DNA of 64,000 nt from a bacterium (GTDB lineage: Bacteria > Zhuqueibacterota > Zhuqueibacteria > Residuimicrobiales > Krinioviventaceae), in NCBI GenBank assembly GCA_963693055.1, contig OY843751.1, positions 1,728,001 to 1,792,000 on the forward strand. Reading direction: 5' to 3'. The translations under genes and the position numbers were made by a program. Below are positions 49,755 to 59,797 of this stretch, piece by piece. The notes under the pieces are model-generated. The model had not been told where the DNA came from, did not search any database, and saw only the letters and a program-made list of their open reading frames with translations. How positions within the stretch are numbered: the first letter of the stretch is position 1; each line of letters opens with the position of its first letter.

Positions 49755-51624
49755 GCTTTTTGATTCTCCTGTTTCTCCGTTTCAGTTGCTCTTCAATTCT
49801 GCCAATGATACGCTGCGAATATTTACTGTATTCTTTGCCCATGCTTTCAGACTCTTTTTCCAATCCTTTTTCTATTGTAGTTATAAAGTCTTCAATGCTT
49901 TTTGCGGAAACGGGTTTGGGCTTGTCGGCCCATTTAAAAAGCATTGCTTCTATGGGTTCAAAATAATCCGGTTTTGGTAAAGTGTTACAAGATTTAAATG
50001 GATATGGATTTAATTCTTGCTGAAATCCCTTTAACGCCATGATTAAAGGCTGATAATCATATTCATAAAACAATCTGGAAAATTGGTATTCTACAACAGG
50101 AGTCCATTTGTTATCATCTGGTACTGTATGGTGTTTGTTTAATCGCGAAAAATTGAGCCCGGTTTCTTCGTGATCAATTTCCCGTTGATGAATACGCATT
50201 TCCCTCAAAATACCATTCCTATCTTCACGCAAGTCACCACCAAGTAAAAGGAGACAGAGGAAATAATCCGGATTATCAATTTCTTTAAATTCTTGATTTG
50301 GAGGTAACTGTATACTGAGATGCAGGCTGTGCGGTTTGATGTCTAAGTATCTAACCGCCAAATCAATCATTTGGGAAAGTACCCAGGGGTCCTGGGTTGC
50401 GGGTTTGGATACATCTCCCAGTAATTTATACCTTCCAAAAGCTAGTTCAAGAAAGCCACGGGTTCTGACGTTTGATGATGTCAGGAATCCATGATCATCC
50501 ACATGTGCACCAAGTTTCCACCCTCTGCGCATGATATCAAATTTATAGAAATAATAAAAAGAGTCGTAAAGCGGATCTTCACCTTCTTTGGAATTTACAG
50601 CACGATAACCGATATTGGAAAATTCCAGTTCTGCTCCCAATGGTAGGGAGCCAATGTGACGATTCTTTTTAAGCCATTTTACTATTTCGTCTGCTTTGGT
50701 GGGGTCATACAATTCTTCTGCAATGATTATTGCGGCAGCAGCATAGTCTGTATATAAAATATCAGGATTGTATCTGTCTACTTCCAGGTGAGAAATAGCA
50801 CTGGATAAATGTTGCTTTTGATTGACCAGTAGCTTTAGCGCCATTGTAGCAGAAAGGGTGTGGATGTAAAACTCGTCTGCAACATTTACCTGGCCCCTGT
50901 AATCATTCCTGAATTTTTCTTCAAGTTGATTAAATATCATGAAATTGAGTGCAAGCTTCATGTAATTGTCTGCATACTTTATTGCTTTTCTGTCGGTCTT
51001 TAACCAATTCAAGCGGGGAATGCTAGCTTTTTCTATTTCATGTTTGATAATAAATGCAGGAATACCTGTGTCTTGAAAATATTGGCGTAAAATGCTATGC
51101 ACTTCTTCAGAAAGCAATTCTCTTGTTACTTTGAGCGGAAGAGATTCTCGATCATAATTGAGCAGCATGTCTGCTTTTTGTTCAACATAGCGGTTTACAT
51201 TGCTTTCAACAAATTCTTCAATACGGTCCCGTTCCTGGAATCCTTTGTCGATATATGGCTTTATAGATCTGGGCTTGCCAATATATACAAAAGAATCAAT
51301 TACTTTATCATTAACTTGAATTTGGGCAACTTTGCGTTTATACAAACTGCCTTCGGCCTCGTAAGCATCGAGTTTTTCTAGTATATCTGGTGTTACATTG
51401 TACAGAACCCTGCCCTCAATGCTGTATCCTTTCCAGGGAAGCGCAAAGGTAAAGCTGTTTTCCGGTTGAACACGACGGTGATTAATTAACAAACCTTTTT
51501 CACTCAACAGTTTGGTACCCGTCAGCAATTCCAGATAATAATCATTATTCAGAGAACCATAAACAAATACTTTGTCTATGGTTTTCCAATCAATCTTTTC
51601 TGTTTTCTTATCTTTTGCGCTCAC
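49732..51624 (-). CDS. Gamma-glutamylcyclotransferase (AIG2-like) domain fused to a putative carboxylate-amine ligase domain
   Basis: N-terminal VFVYGSL, LEKLDAYE..Y.R, FVY; C-terminal GAELEF, LELAF, HSLHLS, VEYQF; GTG start overlaps the upstream stop. Confidence 0.7.
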   Translation of the reverse strand: MSAKDKKTEKIDWKTIDKVFVYGSLNNDYYLELLTGTKLLSEKGLLINHRRVQPENSFTFALPWKGYSIEGRVLYNVTPDILEKLDAYEAEGSLYKRKVAQIQVNDKVIDSFVYIGKPRSIKPYIDKGFQERDRIEEFVESNVNRYVEQKADMLLNYDRESLPLKVTRELLSEEVHSILRQYFQDTGIPAFIIKHEIEKASIPRLNWLKTDRKAIKYADNYMKLALNFMIFNQLEEKFRNDYRGQVNVADEFYIHTLSATMALKLLVNQKQHLSSAISHLEVDRYNPDILYTDYAAAAIIIAEELYDPTKADEIVKWLKKNRHIGSLPLGAELEFSNIGYRAVNSKEGEDPLYDSFYYFYKFDIMRRGWKLGAHVDDHGFLTSSNVRTRGFLELAFGRYKLLGDVSKPATQDPWVLSQMIDLAVRYLDIKPHSLHLSIQLPPNQEFKEIDNPDYFLCLLLLGGDLREDRNGILREMRIHQREIDHEETGLNFSRLNKHHTVPDDNKWTPVVEYQFSRLFYEYDYQPLIMALKGFQQELNPYPFKSCNTLPKPDYFEPIEAMLFKWADKPKPVSAKSIEDFITTIEKGLEKESESMGKEYSKYSQRIIGRIEEQLKRRNRRIKKHDTLHKQ

Positions 51625-52988
51625 TCTACCTTGTCTGCGAAATAGAGTTCAAACTGCTTCATCATTTCCTCAGGAGAAATTGAAGTTACCCGACCATTTT
51701 CATATTGCTCTTCAACCCATTCAAATATCTTTGCAACCTGAGGATTTCTCTTGTCTACAGGAGGTAAACCACGTTTTTTAAGTTCACGGTTTACCCAAAA
51801 ACCTACGCCTGCTATTCCGGAACGATTGGTAAGATTTACACCAATTGGCCGATTTAATACTTTATCCGTATCAAAAATGTTATAAATTTCTTCATTTTTA
51901 ATCACACCATCGGCGTGAATTCCTGCCATTGTAACATTAAAGCGTTCACCTACAAAGGGATAGTTGTTGGGTATTACAGTACCTATCTCTTTGAGGTATT
52001 CTGCAATTTCAGTGATAGCGGTAAGATCCATTCCGTTAGTGCCGCCTGTTAGAGAGGCATATTCTACTGCCAGTGCTTCTACCGGAGAGTTACCAGTCCT
52101 TTCACCGAATCCAAGAATTGTACCATTTACTCCTGAAACACCGGACAACCATGCCGTGACTGAATTTGCATGAACTTTATGAAAGTCATTGTGTCCATGC
52201 CATTCGAGGTTCTCTGAGGTGATGCCTACTTCACGCTGTAAAAAGTATGCAATCTTGCGAATAGAGCGCGGAAGTGCTACACCGGGATAGGGGAGTCCGT
52301 AACCCATTGTATCGCATAAGCGGATTTTTATCTTTAATCCCGACTTTGCTGAAAAGTTCATTAATTCTTCTGCAAAGGGAACAACCGTACCCCAGAAATC
52401 GGCACGGGTAATATCTTCAAAATGGCATCTGATGGCTTCCAGACCTGCATCAGCGGCTGCCTGAACAACACCCATAAAAGCATCCAATACCTGGCGACGT
52501 GTTTTTTTAAATTTCATAAAAATGTGATAATCGGATATAGATGTCAACATACCGGTTTCTTTAATGCCCACACTTTTCACAAGTTCAAAATCAGCAGGAT
52601 TAGCGCGAATCCACGAGGTAACCTGTGGAAATTCCAACCCTTTGTTGCGAACTTCTTCAAGAATTTCTCTATCCATTTCCGAATAAATAAAGAACTCGGA
52701 TTGTCGAATTACACCTTTGGGTCCCGAAAGTTTGCTGATAAGATCAAACAGCTTTGATACTTGCTCGGGTGTATAGGGGGGACGCGCCTGTTGTCCGTCT
52801 CTAAAAGTTGTGTCCGTAATCCAGATATCTTTAGCAGGCTTGGCGTCTACTATTTCACCGTCAAATACGGTTTTGGGAATCTCGGAATAGGGAAATATAT
52901 CACGCATCAAGTTTGGTTCTTGAACATCGATCAAAGGATGTTTTTGTTGTTTTGATAAAATTCTCCAGTCAGAATTCACTTCAGCCAT
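51621..52988 (-). CDS. Re-citrate synthase (DRE-TIM, isopropylmalate synthase family)
   Basis: IWITDTTFRDGQQARPPY, RQSEFF, RCHFEDITRAD, EWHGHNDF, GERTGN, AGIHADG. Confidence 0.85.
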   Translation of the reverse strand: MAEVNSDWRILSKQQKHPLIDVQEPNLMRDIFPYSEIPKTVFDGEIVDAKPAKDIWITDTTFRDGQQARPPYTPEQVSKLFDLISKLSGPKGVIRQSEFFIYSEMDREILEEVRNKGLEFPQVTSWIRANPADFELVKSVGIKETGMLTSISDYHIFMKFKKTRRQVLDAFMGVVQAAADAGLEAIRCHFEDITRADFWGTVVPFAEELMNFSAKSGLKIKIRLCDTMGYGLPYPGVALPRSIRKIAYFLQREVGITSENLEWHGHNDFHKVHANSVTAWLSGVSGVNGTILGFGERTGNSPVEALAVEYASLTGGTNGMDLTAITEIAEYLKEIGTVIPNNYPFVGERFNVTMAGIHADGVIKNEEIYNIFDTDKVLNRPIGVNLTNRSGIAGVGFWVNRELKKRGLPPVDKRNPQVAKIFEWVEEQYENGRVTSISPEEMMKQFELYFADKVE

Positions 52989-53101
52989 GATCCCTCCTTG
53001 TTTGTATAGTTAAAAAATTTTTACTAAATATACGAAATCCCTATTATTGCCAGTGGATGGCAATTAAAGCCAGGGATTGTCAGAATTGTAAAATTTGAGA
53101 G

Positions 53102-53773
53102 TTACGGTTCTTGAACTTCGGTCAGATATTGTAACGCATCAATAATTTTGCTATTATTGGGGCTGAGTTCGAGACCATGTTTGTATGCGTTAATCGCTTC
53201 AGGAATACGTCTTAGACGGTAATAGACGTTTCCAAGATGATAGTAAACACGTGAATCTTCACTACCAATCTTTAATAACTCTTCAAGATGTTCCAAAGCG
53301 CAGTGGTAGCATTGTTCTTCAATGCAGGATAATGCAGCATGATAATGTGCCATGGGTGAATCTGCTTTTTTCTCAAGCAATGTTTCAAAAGCCTTGCGGG
53401 CTTTGTGATATTTGCCAAGATGCCAGTATGTCATGCCCAACCAGTAATATGCCATTAGCATTTCAGGAGCTAATTCAATTACTTTTTTTAGAGCATTTTT
53501 TGCATCCCAGAGCTTTAGTTGGCGATAATGAGAAACACCTAGATAGTAATATGCGTAGGGGAGTTCCGGATTAACTATAATGGCTTTTTCAAAGACTTCA
53601 ATTGCGGATGAAATCTTGCCTCGTAAATAATAGCCATTTCCCAGCATTAATAAAGATCGTATGTCTTGTTCATCAGTATTGACTGTTTGTTCAAGCTGTT
53701 TCATTAATTCATCCAACTGGGATGAATTCATCATGTCCATCGATTCCGGCAGATTAATATCAGATGTAGTCAT
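53102..53773 (-). CDS. TPR-repeat protein
   Basis: About five TPRs (AYYYLG, AYYWLG, VYYHLG); GGGAG RBS before ATG 53773. Confidence 0.88.
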   Translation of the reverse strand: MTTSDINLPESMDMMNSSQLDELMKQLEQTVNTDEQDIRSLLMLGNGYYLRGKISSAIEVFEKAIIVNPELPYAYYYLGVSHYRQLKLWDAKNALKKVIELAPEMLMAYYWLGMTYWHLGKYHKARKAFETLLEKKADSPMAHYHAALSCIEEQCYHCALEHLEELLKIGSEDSRVYYHLGNVYYRLRRIPEAINAYKHGLELSPNNSKIIDALQYLTEVQEP

Positions 53774-53814
53774 ATCGTTATGCTCCCATATATCTTTATA
53801 ATCCACTGCTTAAT

Positions 53815-53843
53815 ATAATAATGTGTTTCTGAATTAATGTCAA
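53815..53843 (-). promoter_or_regulatory. Sigma70-type promoter
   Basis: TTGACA-N17-TATTAT on the minus strand. Confidence 0.65.
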
Positions 53844-53956
53844 GTACTATTTGTGTTGAAAACAAAATCGATAGTTTTATATTGATTTTTAACAGTCAAA
53901 TGAATACATTTATTGCCAAAATAGTTTAATTTTTTTAAAAATTTACAGGATTATTT

Positions 53957-54508
53957 ATGTTTTATAAAGCTAAATTGTATGTTGTTTTATTTGCGGGAAT
54001 TCTCATGGTTGCAGGGTGTGCATCAACACCAAAGACCGTTGCAGTAGTACCAGATGAAAAAAAAACTAAAGTGGTAATGAATGAAGATTTCAATCCATTA
54101 ACATTAAATGATTACTCTTTACCTGTTGAACAAAAGTCTTCCGTTACAACATACAAGTTGGATCAATTTATGAAAGAGGATAAAGTAGACTCTACTAATT
54201 CCGACGAGATGGTTCCCGGGTATCGGGTTCAGTTAATATCAACCCGATATGAAGCAGAAGCCCGTACAGTTAAATTAGATGCCATGCTTACATTTAGAGA
54301 AAATGTATATGTAATCTTTGATGATCCATATTATAAAATAAGAATAGGGGATTGCTTAACCCGTTTCGATGCAAACATTTTGCAGGAAGAAGCGGCAGAT
54401 AAGAATTTCAATGAGGCCTGGGTAGTTAGAACCAATGTGTTTCGTTCTCCGGTTTTGCAAAGTGAAGAAGGAGAAGATAACGAGGACATGAACATAATCG
54501 TACCCTGA
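53957..54508 (+). CDS. SPOR-domain lipoprotein
   Basis: Lipobox VAGC; GYRVQL, PYYKIRIGD, AWVV. Confidence 0.88.
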   Translation: MFYKAKLYVVLFAGILMVAGCASTPKTVAVVPDEKKTKVVMNEDFNPLTLNDYSLPVEQKSSVTTYKLDQFMKEDKVDSTNSDEMVPGYRVQLISTRYEAEARTVKLDAMLTFRENVYVIFDDPYYKIRIGDCLTRFDANILQEEAADKNFNEAWVVRTNVFRSPVLQSEEGEDNEDMNIIVP

Positions 54509-54550
54509 TCTGAATACATGCATTAAACTACATTCTTTGTTATATTTCCC

Positions 54551-54579
54551 TTGAAATTTGCGAAAAATTTTACTATATT
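54551..54579 (+). promoter_or_regulatory. Sigma70-type promoter for yebC-ruv operon
   Basis: TTGAAA-N17-TATATT. Confidence 0.55.
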
Positions 54580-54677
54580 CAAGGTCACGGATTTTCTGTG
54601 TTTAAATTGAATTTATTTGTTAATATGATCGAGTTCCGTGTTATTTTGTTATTGCGGAGAATAAAACAGGAGATTTT

Positions 54678-55427
54678 ATGTCAGGACATTCCAAGTGGAG
54701 CACCATTAAGCGTAAAAAGGGAAAGGCAGATGCTGAGCGCGGCAAGTTGTTTACCCGTCTGATTAAGGAAATTACCATTGCTGCCCGTCACGGCGGTGGA
54801 GATGAAAATGCCAATCCTCGATTGCGTTCTGCCATTCAGGCAGCCAAAGGTGCTAACATGCCATCAGCCAACATTGATAAAGCGATCAAGCGTGGAACCG
54901 GTGAGTTGCCTGGTGTTAATTATGAAGAATTAACATATGAAGGATATGGTCCCGCAGGTGTTGCTGTTTATCTAGATGTGCTGACGGACAATAAGAATAG
55001 AACCGTTGCTGAAATACGGCATTTATTGTCTAAATATGGTGGCAGTTTGGGTGAAAATGGCAGTGTTGCATGGATGTTTTCTAAAAAGGGTGTGATTATA
55101 GTTGATGAAAGTGCAACCACCGAAGATGATTTGATGATGGCTGCTCTTGATGCAGGAGCAGAAGACATTGATCAGGAAGAAGGTGTTTTCCGGGTATCTA
55201 CAGATGTTGCTGCATTGGAAACAGTGAAATCTGCTCTTGAAGAAAATAATATTCCTTATGAAAGTGCAGAAATTACCATGGAACCTGCTAACACTGTTAA
55301 AGTGGAAGGCAAATCAGCCGAGTCTGTATTAAAATTGATGGATGCTTTGGAAGATCACGATGATGTTCAGAATTTGTATTCAAACTTTGATATAGATGAC
55401 AGTGTTATTGAAGCCATGAATTTATAA
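54678..55427 (+). CDS. yebC: YebC/PmpR family protein
   Basis: [29 protein letters not shown]. Confidence 0.97.
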   Translation: MSGHSKWSTIKRKKGKADAERGKLFTRLIKEITIAARHGGGDENANPRLRSAIQAAKGANMPSANIDKAIKRGTGELPGVNYEELTYEGYGPAGVAVYLDVLTDNKNRTVAEIRHLLSKYGGSLGENGSVAWMFSKKGVIIVDESATTEDDLMMAALDAGAEDIDQEEGVFRVSTDVAALETVKSALEENNIPYESAEITMEPANTVKVEGKSAESVLKLMDALEDHDDVQNLYSNFDIDDSVIEAMNL

Positions 55428-55429
55428 AC

Positions 55430-55909
55430 ATGCGAGTAATGGGAATTGACCCAGGAAGTGTGGTAACTGGTTATGGTATAGTTGATTTTGATGAGGAAGT
55501 TCGGCTAGTAGAATACGGATGTATACGGTTAAAAGCAAAGTCTGATTTTACTTGTCGATTAAAAGAGATTTATATTCGCGTTCAGGATCTTTTAAACCAG
55601 TACAACCCTGATTGTGTTGCATTTGAAGATATATTTTATGGCCATAATGTGAAATCAGCGATTCAATTGGGTCATGCACGAGGTGCCGCAGTAGTATCAG
55701 CAGCAATAGCTGAATTACCGGTTTCTTATTACTCACCCCGAGAAGTAAAACAAGCCATTACCGGATTTGGTGGTGCATCAAAGGAGCAAGTGCAAAAGAT
55801 GGTACAAAATATTTTGCAGGTCACTGAAACTATTTCACCTCTTGATGCTTCTGATGCGTTGGGTATTGCAATTTGCCATGCGTTCCGTTACAAAACTGAT
55901 GAATATTGA
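55430..55909 (+). CDS. ruvC: Holliday junction resolvase
   Basis: GIDPG, LGHARG, DASDAL.IA.CH. Confidence 0.96.
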   Translation: MRVMGIDPGSVVTGYGIVDFDEEVRLVEYGCIRLKAKSDFTCRLKEIYIRVQDLLNQYNPDCVAFEDIFYGHNVKSAIQLGHARGAAVVSAAIAELPVSYYSPREVKQAITGFGGASKEQVQKMVQNILQVTETISPLDASDALGIAICHAFRYKTDEY

Positions 55910-55913
55910 TTCT

Positions 55914-56510
55914 ATGATATCTTATATACAAGGCAAGATAGCTGAAAAGTCACCCGCATATATAGTAATTGACAAGGGAGGAATTGGCATTCATTTGTTA
56001 ATTTCTTTGGCGACTTTTGCATCGCTTGGCGATAAAGGTGAACAGGCGCACCTGGAAACACATTTGCATGTAAAAGAAGATTCTTTGACTCTTTTTGGTT
56101 TTTCCACTCGGGAAGAGCGCGAGTTGTTTTTGCACCTATTATCTGTGAGTGGAGTTGGGCCCAAGTTAGCGATGGGTATTTTGTCTGGTGCAGAAATTGT
56201 CGAGTTGTATCATTATATAGCCGAAGCCGATGAAAATGCACTGGTAAAAATTAAGGGTTTGGGTAAAAAAACAGCACAACGAATAATACTTGATTTGCAA
56301 TCCGTTGCAAAAAAGAAAACTGGAGATTTAGAGTTAGGCAACTCTGCAATTCGTGTTGCGGATATTGGTTTTAAAGATGAAGCTGTTTTAGCATTATCCG
56401 CATTAGGCTATTCAGCAACAGAAGCAGATAAGGCTGTTTCAAAAGCTATCGTTTTGAATCCGGATTGTGAAAATGTTGAAACATTGATCAGAATAGCATT
56501 AAATAGTTAG
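55914..56510 (+). CDS. ruvA: Holliday junction binding protein
   Basis: MISYIQG start, VKED..LFGF, VSGVGPK, GLGKKTA. Confidence 0.95.
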   Translation: MISYIQGKIAEKSPAYIVIDKGGIGIHLLISLATFASLGDKGEQAHLETHLHVKEDSLTLFGFSTREERELFLHLLSVSGVGPKLAMGILSGAEIVELYHYIAEADENALVKIKGLGKKTAQRIILDLQSVAKKKTGDLELGNSAIRVADIGFKDEAVLALSALGYSATEADKAVSKAIVLNPDCENVETLIRIALNS

Positions 56511-56516
56511 GTAGAT

Positions 56517-57545
56517 TTGGATTATAAAGAGCGCCCAACATATCCCGAGCCGTTGACAGGTGAAGGAGATATCGATTTATCACTACGACCATTGTCATTA
56601 CAGGATTTTGTAGGTCAAAGCAAATTGAAATCCAATTTAGAGGTCTTTATTAAAGCTGCAAATGCGCGCAGTGAACCTCTTGATCATGTATTGTTTCATG
56701 GTCCTCCGGGATTGGGCAAAACCACGCTTGCCAATATAATAGCTAACGAGTTGGGGAGCAAGGTTAAGGTTACATCTGGCCCTGCTTTGGAACGACCTGC
56801 TGATTTGGCGGGTATATTGACAAATTTAAAAGAACGGGATGTTTTGTTTATTGATGAGATACATCGTTTAAACCGCGTTATTGAAGAGTATTTGTATCCG
56901 GCGATGGAAGATTTTTCTCTGGATATTATTATAGATAAAGGAGCCAATGCGCGTACTGTTCAGTTGAAACTGCCCAGATTTACCTTAATAGGGGCAACAA
57001 CACGTGCAGGGCTTATAACGTCACCTCTCCGGGCCAGGTTTGGTGTTTCGTTCAGACTTGATTTTTATCAGCCGCTTGATTTGAGCAAAATTGTAAAGCG
57101 TTCTGCAAAGATTTTTGAAATGTCTATTGATAATGATGCGGCATTAGAAATAGCCGGACGCTCTCGCGGCACTCCACGAATTGCTAATCGGTTACTTCGT
57201 CGTGTAAGAGATTTTGCTCAAATTGAAGGTAAAAATATTATTGATATGGAAATTACAAAAGAGGCTTTGTTGCGTCTCGATGTAGATGAAGAGGGCCTAG
57301 ACGACATGGATAAGCGTATTATTCTTTCTGTCATTGATAAATTTAATGGCGGTCCGGTTGGTCTCAGTACACTTGCTGTTGCAATAGGTGAAGAAAGTGA
57401 TACCATAGAAGGTGTATATGAGCCCTATTTAATTCAGAAAGGATTTTTAAACCGAACCCCGCGTGGCAGGACCGCAACAGACATCGCTTATCAACACTTT
57501 AATCGAAAGCGCCGGGATAGCGGTCAACCGGGATTTTTTGATTAA
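56517..57545 (+). CDS. ruvB: Holliday junction helicase
   Basis: [27 protein letters not shown]. Confidence 0.97.
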   Translation: MDYKERPTYPEPLTGEGDIDLSLRPLSLQDFVGQSKLKSNLEVFIKAANARSEPLDHVLFHGPPGLGKTTLANIIANELGSKVKVTSGPALERPADLAGILTNLKERDVLFIDEIHRLNRVIEEYLYPAMEDFSLDIIIDKGANARTVQLKLPRFTLIGATTRAGLITSPLRARFGVSFRLDFYQPLDLSKIVKRSAKIFEMSIDNDAALEIAGRSRGTPRIANRLLRRVRDFAQIEGKNIIDMEITKEALLRLDVDEEGLDDMDKRIILSVIDKFNGGPVGLSTLAVAIGEESDTIEGVYEPYLIQKGFLNRTPRGRTATDIAYQHFNRKRRDSGQPGFFD

Positions 57546-57587
57546 ACAAATGAATTAATTATTAATGTATATGGAGGTGGCCACATA

Positions 57588-58616
57588 ATGAAGCTATCCG
57601 ATTTTAAATACAACCTGCCTGAAAAGCTGATTGCGCAGTACCCGGAAGAAAAACGTGATAAAAGTCGTATGATGGTTGTTGATCGTGAACAAGAATCCTT
57701 TGAGGAACATGTATTTAAAGACATTGTCAGTTATATGGAAGAAGGCGATTGTCTTGTTTTAAACGAAACCAAGGTATTTCCGGCAAGGTTGGAAGGTACA
57801 AAAGACAAAACCGATGCCCGGGTTGAAGTTTTTTTATTGCGTGAATTGGAACAAGGGCTTTGGGAAGTATTGGTTAAACCAGCCAGAAAGGTCCGTGTTG
57901 GAAATCGGTTAAGCATTGGCAAAGAACTCTCTTGCGATGTAATAGATAATACTGTCTCTGGTGGGCGAGTAGTCCGCTTTAATTTTGACGGAGACCTTTA
58001 TAAAGTAGTTGATCAGATTGGCAAGTCTCCTTTGCCCCCATACATTAAACGTGAACCTGAACCCATGGATAAAGACCGCTATCAAACTGTTTATGCTCGT
58101 GTACGAGGAGCTGTTGCTGCTCCCACCGCTGGTTTGCATTTTACCAAAGAGTTGTTGTCTAAAATTGAGAAAAAAGGTGTAAAAATTGTTCCTCTGGTAT
58201 TACATTTAGGCTTGGGAAGTTTCAGACCTGTTGTGGTTGAAGATCTGGGACGCCACAAAATGGACTCGGAGTTTTATGAGATCACCCAGGAAGCTGCCGA
58301 AATGATTAATGAAACCAAAGAGAACAAGAAAAAAGTAATTGCCGTTGGTACCAGTGTTGTGCGTGCATTGGAAACCAGTGTAACATCTGAAGGATGGGCC
58401 AAGGCGAGCAGTGGATGGACAGACAAGTTTATTTATCCCCCTTATGATTTTAAAATTGTTGACAGGCTTGTTACCAACTTTCATTTACCAAACTCTACTT
58501 TATTGATGCTGGTTTCTGCGTTTGGCGGAAGAGATTTGATTTTTAAAGCATACCGAAAAGCTATTCGGGAAAAATTTCGTTTTTACAGCTATGGCGATGC
58601 GATGATGGTTAAATAA
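57588..58616 (+). CDS. queA: SAM:tRNA ribosyltransferase-isomerase
   Basis: LIAQYP, LPPYI, YQTVYA, AAPTAGLHF, TNFHLP, SYGDAM. Confidence 0.97.
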   Translation: MKLSDFKYNLPEKLIAQYPEEKRDKSRMMVVDREQESFEEHVFKDIVSYMEEGDCLVLNETKVFPARLEGTKDKTDARVEVFLLRELEQGLWEVLVKPARKVRVGNRLSIGKELSCDVIDNTVSGGRVVRFNFDGDLYKVVDQIGKSPLPPYIKREPEPMDKDRYQTVYARVRGAVAAPTAGLHFTKELLSKIEKKGVKIVPLVLHLGLGSFRPVVVEDLGRHKMDSEFYEITQEAAEMINETKENKKKVIAVGTSVVRALETSVTSEGWAKASSGWTDKFIYPPYDFKIVDRLVTNFHLPNSTLLMLVSAFGGRDLIFKAYRKAIREKFRFYSYGDAMMVK

Positions 58617-58630
58617 TAAAGGTGTGATCA

Positions 58631-59311
58631 TTGTCCAAGATTGCTGCGATTATAGCTGCTGCCGGCTCTGGTACGCGTATTGGTGGGCCTGTGAAGAAGC
58701 AATTTATTTCAATTCATGGAAAACCTCTTCTGCAATATACATTAGAGGTTTTTCAAAATTGTAAAGTGATTGATGAAATTGTTGTGGTAGGCCCAACATT
58801 TGGGTATGAGGAGCTGGAAAATACAATTAAATTCCAGTGGAATATATCAAAATTGCGATCAGTTGTGGCTGGTGGTGATGAACGATATATTTCTGTATTT
58901 AATGGTTTGAATGTAGTCAGTAGTGATGTAGAGTGGATAGCCATTCATGATGGAGTTCGGCCATTTGTAAGTGCAGAAAAAATAATAAATGTAGTTAAAG
59001 CAGCCAAATTGCATGGAGCTGCAATACTCGCAGTTAAGCCCAAAGATACTATAAAAGTGAATCGGGATGGTTTTGTAAAAGATACATTGGACCGGGATTC
59101 ATTGGCGTTGGTGCAAACGCCACAGGTCTTTAGTATTGATCTGTTAAGACGGGCTTATGATAAGGCAGTTGCGGAAAATTTGTTTGGTACTGATGACGCT
59201 TATTTGGTTGAGCAAATTGGTAGCAAGGTCGCTATTGTTGAAGGTGATTATTCGAATATAAAGATCACTTCTCCTGAAGATCTTTTGATTGCAGAAAAAT
59301 TTATAGGTTAA
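58631..59311 (+). CDS. ispD: MEP cytidylyltransferase
   Basis: AAGSGTR, KQF, HDGVRP, QTPQ, TDD, NIKIT. Confidence 0.95.
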   Translation: MSKIAAIIAAAGSGTRIGGPVKKQFISIHGKPLLQYTLEVFQNCKVIDEIVVVGPTFGYEELENTIKFQWNISKLRSVVAGGDERYISVFNGLNVVSSDVEWIAIHDGVRPFVSAEKIINVVKAAKLHGAAILAVKPKDTIKVNRDGFVKDTLDRDSLALVQTPQVFSIDLLRRAYDKAVAENLFGTDDAYLVEQIGSKVAIVEGDYSNIKITSPEDLLIAEKFIG

Positions 59312-59312
59312 T

Positions 59313-59783
59313 ATGCGTATTGGTCATGGTTATGATGTGCATCGATTGGTGCCAAATCGGGATTTGATTTTGGGAGGTGTTAAAATACCGTTCGAGTTGG
59401 GTCTTTTGGGCCATTCAGATGCTGATGTGTTATGCCATGCTGTTAGTGATGCGTTGTTGGGTGCTGTTGCGCTGGGCGATATTGGAAAACATTTTCCTGA
59501 TACGGATCCCCAATACAAGGGGGCTTCCAGTATTTTGCTGTTAGAGCATGTTGTTGCCCTGTTGAAGAAAAAAGGATTTAGTGTGGGAAATGTGGATGCA
59601 ACTGTTGTTGTTCAACGTCCCAAGCTGGCACCATTTATACAAAAAATGAGAGAAAATCTTGCAAACAGCTTGAAAATTGATATAGCGTATGTTTCTGTCA
59701 AAGCTACTACCACTGAAGGTTTAGGCTTTACTGGAACCGGAGAAGGAATTGCTGTGCATGCTGTTGCTTTGATAAATGAATAG
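59313..59783 (+). CDS. ispF: MECDP synthase
   Basis: GYDVH, HSDADV, DIGKHFP, KATTTE. Confidence 0.97.
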   Translation: MRIGHGYDVHRLVPNRDLILGGVKIPFELGLLGHSDADVLCHAVSDALLGAVALGDIGKHFPDTDPQYKGASSILLLEHVVALLKKKGFSVGNVDATVVVQRPKLAPFIQKMRENLANSLKIDIAYVSVKATTTEGLGFTGTGEGIAVHAVALINE

Positions 59784-59797
59784 ACAAAGGTAAGTTT

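Noticed and set aside
51621-52988. leuA/leuB leucine operon reading of the synthase and dehydrogenase
   Set aside because: RDGQQ motif, no LeuA regulatory domain, SxN isocitrate-type motif in the dehydrogenase, and AcnA rather than LeuCD
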